From a virus, in the IMG/VR virus record IMGVR_UViG_3300031603_000002, positions 1 through 64,000 of that record: a stretch of DNA of 64,000 nucleotides, one strand, 5' to 3'. Below the pieces are notes generated by a model. That model had not been told where the DNA came from. It worked only from the letters and a program-made list of their open reading frames with translations, and searched no databases. The position numbers and the translations under genes were made by a program. Of the stretch, positions 59,748 through 64,000 are shown piece by piece (the stretch's first letter is position 1; every line of letters begins with the position of its first letter).

Positions 59748-59942
59748 ATGAAATCCCCAGCCGCTACGACATATTATCATACATGGAAGGTGTGTCCCCA
59801 TGCAATGCGCTTGGTGAAAGAAGCCGATGAAGCAGAGCAAAATAAAGAATACGAAGATGCATGCGACCGACTAGATGAACTTTCAAGAAACAGAGGCTGG
59901 AATGATCCAACCGCAAACACACCGGATTACAATGGCGAATAA
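59748..59942 (+). CDS. Small hypothetical protein
   Basis: Fills the gap before dam; start uncertain. Confidence 0.45.
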   Translation: MKSPAATTYYHTWKVCPHAMRLVKEADEAEQNKEYEDACDRLDELSRNRGWNDPTANTPDYNGE

Positions 59943-60789
59943 GACAATTTTCAAATATGCTGGTAATAAAGCCAAAGTTATGGCCAAGATTTCCCCGTAT
60001 TTCAAGTGGGATGGTGTGACGGCATACTTCGAACCCTTCTGTGGGACATTAGGCTCAGCACTCAACGTCGAAATCCCGGAAGAGGTCACGAATGTGATGC
60101 TCTCAGACGAGAACTGGGAAGTTATCAATGTCCATAAAATGTTCATCAGGCAACCCGGGCTCCTCGAAGAAAAAGTGAACGCCCTTCCGTTTGGCGAAGA
60201 TGCATACTACGAAATCCGGAACAAGGATCGTGAAGAGGTCCACTTCGAGGAAAGAACGAAAGACATCGACCAGGCAGCCAGAACACTTTATCTGAACAAG
60301 AATTGTTTCAATGGCCTGATGCGATACAACCCGAAGAAAGGGTATTTCAATGTTCCATGGAACCATGCCAAAAAGAAAGCCGTTGTCAACCTGACCGGTA
60401 AAGACATGCAATATGCCCGCGATTTCTTGGCATCAGAACGTGTTTGTGTTAAGTGGTTGGGTTTTGAGCAGCATTTCGATGGGTTCGGGAAGGGCGATTT
60501 GGTCTATTGTGACCCGCCGTATATCAGCATCAAAAACCCAAAGCAAGAGTTCGTTGGCTTTGTTGGCAACTTTGATAGGGATAAACAATCTGACCTTGCA
60601 AAGGCGGGAGTTGATGCCCACAAACGTGGCGCTAAGGTTTATATCTCAAATTCTGACTGTCCGGCATCACGCGGCCTTTATGCTTTTTACGGGTATAGGA
60701 TTGTTGAGGTAAAAAATGTCCAAAGAAGCTTGTCGTCCAAGGGCACATCGCGTAAGAAAGTCGGTGAAATCCTCGCAATATTGGACTAA
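59932..60789 (+). CDS. dam: DNA adenine methyltransferase (Dam/D12 family)
   Basis: KYAGNK, YFEPFCG, LYLNKNCFNGLMRYN, VYCDPPY, ISNS. Confidence 0.88.
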   Translation: MANKTIFKYAGNKAKVMAKISPYFKWDGVTAYFEPFCGTLGSALNVEIPEEVTNVMLSDENWEVINVHKMFIRQPGLLEEKVNALPFGEDAYYEIRNKDREEVHFEERTKDIDQAARTLYLNKNCFNGLMRYNPKKGYFNVPWNHAKKKAVVNLTGKDMQYARDFLASERVCVKWLGFEQHFDGFGKGDLVYCDPPYISIKNPKQEFVGFVGNFDRDKQSDLAKAGVDAHKRGAKVYISNSDCPASRGLYAFYGYRIVEVKNVQRSLSSKGTSRKKVGEILAILD

Positions 60790-60792
60790 ACA

Positions 60793-61260
60793 ATGACTAA
60801 CGAAGAAAGATTTGCCAAAGCAAGGGCTCGAATTGGCCCGTCAACTCATCCGGCCCCTCCTAAAGTTTTGCCTCAAATCGGTGAGCCCACCGAGAACATC
60901 AAGTCAGACGACAAAGTGTTGATACGTCCATTTCCATGGAAACTGAAAGCAGATTGGAGTGGAGGCAGGTATGGTTTCAGGCATCAACCATGCCATTATA
61001 TTTGGCTTAAGGGAACTGTTGTCGACCACGAGTCATTTCCAATCTCCAACGGAGTGTTTGTTCAATTCGACAAGAACCAAAACGAATTTGCCGTTGCTGA
61101 AGACTACGAACGCTGGAATAACTGCCCACTGTTTTTCACATGGGAGCAGGTTTCAAAAGGGATCAAGCATTTGTATACACAACATGGGTTCAAGCAAGGT
61201 GATGTTGTAAGACGTAAAAACGCGGATGAAACTGAAATCAAGGAGAAAAGCGAATGCTAG
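60793..61260 (+). CDS. Hypothetical protein
   Basis: 155-aa ORF, operon packing. Confidence 0.55.
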   Translation: MTNEERFAKARARIGPSTHPAPPKVLPQIGEPTENIKSDDKVLIRPFPWKLKADWSGGRYGFRHQPCHYIWLKGTVVDHESFPISNGVFVQFDKNQNEFAVAEDYERWNNCPLFFTWEQVSKGIKHLYTQHGFKQGDVVRRKNADETEIKEKSEC

Positions 61261-61466
61261 GACCACCTGTTTGCGATAAATGCGAACTGATTATGCAACC
61301 AACGACTGATCAGACATCCCCTGATATTCATCATTATGTCTGCCCAAAATGCACGACCCAAAACTGTCACACGTTCAGCAATCGACCAATACTAACACGT
61401 CAAAACTATCGTAAGATTGTGGCTGACACGTTCCACTTTCTGGAGAAGCATGCTGAAGGAAAATGA
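61254..61466 (+). CDS. Small zinc-ribbon protein
   Basis: CDKC...CPKC; AAGGAG RBS. Confidence 0.6.
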   Translation: MLGPPVCDKCELIMQPTTDQTSPDIHHYVCPKCTTQNCHTFSNRPILTRQNYRKIVADTFHFLEKHAEGK

Positions 61467-61782
61467 GTGCCTCGAGGAAGATGAGTTCAAAACCGGAGAT
61501 TTGATTTGGACGATAGGAATCAATTCACCGTATATGCAGTATACATCGTTTTCGGCCTTACTCATTGATGCTGAAAACAAAATATTACTTTTCGAGTGCA
61601 AGAAAAAGAAATGGAAAAACCGATTCTACAAAACAGAACAGGAAGCAAAAGACGCGGTCGATGCTAAGCGTCGGAGTATGTATATGAGTGCCAAAGACAT
61701 ATGTTCTGTTCAGCCTATGACATTACCCAAGAGTGAAATATTTCACCTCCCATATGAATACAAATACAACGAGGATGACTAA
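61450..61782 (+). CDS. Small protein ending in an MCP-derived (Gol-region) peptide
   Basis: AKDICSVQPMTLPKSEIFHLPYEY versus MCP ANDLVSIQPMSLPSGLLFYMDYTY. Confidence 0.7.
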   Translation: MLKENECLEEDEFKTGDLIWTIGINSPYMQYTSFSALLIDAENKILLFECKKKKWKNRFYKTEQEAKDAVDAKRRSMYMSAKDICSVQPMTLPKSEIFHLPYEYKYNEDD

Positions 61783-62074
61783 AGTGCAAAAGTTCTATAC
61801 GGTATGGGAAAACACGAATCCTGATGAACTCGAAGACAGCATTATGTCTATCATTTCATATAAAACGCAGACTGAAGTTGCCCAACTGCGAAAACAATCG
61901 CCGAGAGCGGTCAGCAACAGGCATTGTGAAGCCGATTGGTATTTCAGGCCAGTCGCACCAGATGATGAAACAATCGCCGAAATGTTCGGGGATAATTGGA
62001 AATATGAAACAGCTGCCGGCTTTAAGACCGACGAGGCTTTCACAGAGTGGAATAGGGGAAAAGAATGTTTGTAA
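61775..62074 (+). CDS. Hypothetical protein
   Basis: Probable start MTKVQK. Confidence 0.5.
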   Translation: MTKVQKFYTVWENTNPDELEDSIMSIISYKTQTEVAQLRKQSPRAVSNRHCEADWYFRPVAPDDETIAEMFGDNWKYETAAGFKTDEAFTEWNRGKECL

Positions 62075-62688
62075 AGAAGGTAGTGAGTAACTTGTTGAAG
62101 TCTGAAGCTGCGCTCAAGAACGAGCCAGTGATTGTGTACGTCAACAAGTTTAATGAGGAAGCAGCTAAGAAGTTCTCCGAGGACATGGCAAAAGCCCAGG
62201 GAACCGGTCAACCTGTTATTCCTATCGTTATTGATAGTTATGGTGGCGCTGTATATTCGCTGATGTCCATGGTGTCAGCAATCAAAGCATCAGAAGTTCC
62301 GGTCGCTACAATTGTACTTGGAAAAGCAATGTCGTGTGGTACTGTTTTAGCTTCATGTGGTGCTGAAGGCATGCGATTTTGTTCGCCTGACGCAACATAT
62401 TTGATTCATGATGTTTCGTCATGGGCTGTCGGCAAGGTTGAAGAAATGAAAGTCAGCACCAAAGAATCCGACCGACTAGACAAGAAGTTGTACACCCTGA
62501 TGGCACGTAACTGTGGGCAGAAGGACAATTACTTCAAAAAGCTCAGTCGTAAGAAGAAGGGCGCCGACTGGTTCTTCACACCAAAAGAAGCAAAGAAGCA
62601 CAATATGGCAAACCATATCTGCATTCCAAAAATGACAGTCAGCGTCGATGTCAACTTCAAGTTTCACAACTGCGATGAGGGTGAATAA
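62065..62688 (+). CDS. clpP: ClpP-like serine protease
   Basis: IDSYGGAV, GKAMSCG (catalytic Ser), YLIHD, DWFFTPKEA. Confidence 0.85.
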   Translation: MFVKKVVSNLLKSEAALKNEPVIVYVNKFNEEAAKKFSEDMAKAQGTGQPVIPIVIDSYGGAVYSLMSMVSAIKASEVPVATIVLGKAMSCGTVLASCGAEGMRFCSPDATYLIHDVSSWAVGKVEEMKVSTKESDRLDKKLYTLMARNCGQKDNYFKKLSRKKKGADWFFTPKEAKKHNMANHICIPKMTVSVDVNFKFHNCDEGE

Positions 62689-62691
62689 GTC

Positions 62692-63108
62692 ATGGATATC
62701 CCCGGGTTTGAAATTAAGGTAAACGTTCCGCCAAAGCCTCGAAAGCTAAGAACGAAATGGGCCAGCGAACCAATCACGGACACACCCGAGGGGCTATCAG
62801 AAACTCTGAAAAAAGATACTATAAGAGATATAATATCTCAACAGATAGCTGACGAAATTGATGCTGAGATTGCAGCTGATTTCGCTGAAAAACTTGGTAC
62901 ACTCCACGTGCGATTTGAGGTCGTCCCGAGAAAGGGTATGATGGTGAATTACTGCCATCCTATGAACGAAGAGAAGATGCCAGGATTGATTCTGCGCGAA
63001 TGGGATCCAAACGTCAAGAACTCTGGACAAATCCTGCTTGGTGGTGGAACCAAATTCGCTTTCGCAAGTGATGACAACGCTGAGCAATGGTTCGAGGAAG
63101 TTAAATGA
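62692..63108 (+). CDS. Fusion of MCP spine-helix fragment and small beta-barrel domain
   Basis: RKLRTKW...IISQQIADEIDAEI versus MCP RKLRARW...ILSEQIAMELDREI. Confidence 0.7.
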   Translation: MDIPGFEIKVNVPPKPRKLRTKWASEPITDTPEGLSETLKKDTIRDIISQQIADEIDAEIAADFAEKLGTLHVRFEVVPRKGMMVNYCHPMNEEKMPGLILREWDPNVKNSGQILLGGGTKFAFASDDNAEQWFEEVK

Positions 63109-63383
63109 ACCCAATGATGCCCAAGAAACCATGGTACAGCGGTCAAGGAATGAGAGTAAACCATGCAAGCGTAAAACTTACGCAGGTCCCGAAAGCAGGC
63201 GATTTGATAAAGTATGTGTTTACGCCTGCAGGTGGGATCGTGAGGTTTGGACTATGTATACAACCACAGATACATGACGGTGTAGGAAGTTTGCTAATAA
63301 ATGGCGAAGTCTGGACATTTTCAGATCACCCGACATGTCAGATTGCCTGGTTTGATGTCGTTAACAACAAGGAGATAATATGA
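63105..63383 (+). CDS. Small beta-barrel protein, paralogue of the 62692 C-terminus
   Basis: VPKAGDLIKY...GL...GSLL...WFDVV versus VPRKGMMVNY...GL...GQIL...WFEEV. Confidence 0.6.
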   Translation: MNPMMPKKPWYSGQGMRVNHASVKLTQVPKAGDLIKYVFTPAGGIVRFGLCIQPQIHDGVGSLLINGEVWTFSDHPTCQIAWFDVVNNKEII

Positions 63384-63613
63384 TTAAGAATGAACAATGC
63401 TATAGGTGCGCTTCACTTCTGGATGAAAAACAAACATGCTCAGGATCTGGATTCACATTGAACTGTGCCTCATGTCATAAATGCCACGGTAAGGGCGGTA
63501 AGCCTATCTGCATCACATGTGGAAAATGCGCGTCGTGCGGAAACTATCGGATTAAGTTTAGGTCGCTCAGCCAAGGCGCTCGCCAACTGAAGATAAAACG
63601 ATGCGAATGTTGA
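63380..63613 (+). CDS. Cys-rich small protein
   Basis: Multiple CxxC; AAGGAG RBS. Confidence 0.55.
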   Translation: MIKNEQCYRCASLLDEKQTCSGSGFTLNCASCHKCHGKGGKPICITCGKCASCGNYRIKFRSLSQGARQLKIKRCEC

Positions 63614-63623
63614 TGGCGATATA

Positions 63624-64000
63624 ATGAAATACGGTATGACGGGCTCACGAAAAGGCATGTCACATGAACAATATCAAAAGTTTTTTGCGCTGTTAGAACG
63701 GTACCCGAAGCTTAACCATTTGATTCATGGCGACTGTCATGGTGCTGATACAGAGGCACACATGCTTGCTGTTGAAAAAGGCCATGAAGTTACAATCCGA
63801 CCGTGCGATTTCCCAGGAGCAAGAGCTCACTCGCATGCATCTACAATTCATGAAGAAAAACGCCCGTTAGTAAGGAACCACGACATCGTCGACGAAAGTG
63901 AAATGATGTTTGCGTTCCCAGCTCAGTGGAAAGAACAGTGGCGTGGCTCCGGGACCTGGGCAACAATTCGGTATGCAAAAAAAGCTGGGAAAATGCTCTG
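63624..64000 (+). CDS. SLOG/YspA-like nucleotide-binding protein, 3' truncated by window
   Basis: Translated by hand: MKYGMTGSRKG...LIHGDCHGAD...PLVRNHDIVD...SGTWATIRYA. Confidence 0.7.
   Translation, partial: MKYGMTGSRKGMSHEQYQKFFALLERYPKLNHLIHGDCHGADTEAHMLAVEKGHEVTIRPCDFPGARAHSHASTIHEEKRPLVRNHDIVDESEMMFAFPAQWKEQWRGSGTWATIRYAKKAGKML

Noticed and set aside
12303-63108. Diversity-generating retroelement as the source of the MCP fragments
   Set aside because: No reverse transcriptase in the window; similarity is at protein level, without adenine-specific near-identical repeats.
1-64000. Stop-codon reassignment, as in some large phages
   Set aside because: Core genes are full length in the standard code, and TAA, TAG and TGA all end conserved genes.
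1-64000. CRISPR array, tRNA or rRNA genes
   Set aside because: No regularly spaced repeats or cloverleafs seen; intergenic gaps are short. Not checked computationally.

Overview
A 64-kb segment of a large T4-like (myovirus) phage genome, read in the standard code and almost all on the + strand. Order: end of a gp46/SbcC-like ATPase; SAM methyltransferase; terminase; portal with an HNH intein; prohead protease; scaffold; gp23-type major capsid protein (MCP); accessory island (14.3-22.5 kb); neck genes; two tandem tail sheath paralogues; tail tube; tail chaperone with a probable frameshift; tape measure; baseplate; then PolA-like polymerase, gp32-like SSB, RecA/UvsX, 5'-3' exonuclease, DnaB-like helicase, class II RNR, Dam, ClpP and small early ORFs. 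Two candidate systems stand out. (1) Four non-adjacent ORFs each carry a different fragment of the phage's own MCP (P-domain-like core, A-domain-like part, spine helix, and the segment equivalent to the T4 Gol peptide), all behind host-type TATAAT promoters rather than the late motif; they may be capsid decoys or mimics. (2) A family of short ORFs shares the N-terminal leader MK(I/M)TxxxLxxLIxE, with looser variants on predicted ART-, GNAT- and ParB-like proteins, and is tied to a recurrent ATA(C/T)TTA upstream motif; it may be a modular capsid-targeting/ejected-effector cassette system. All assignments come from motif recognition and by-eye alignment; no searches were run.
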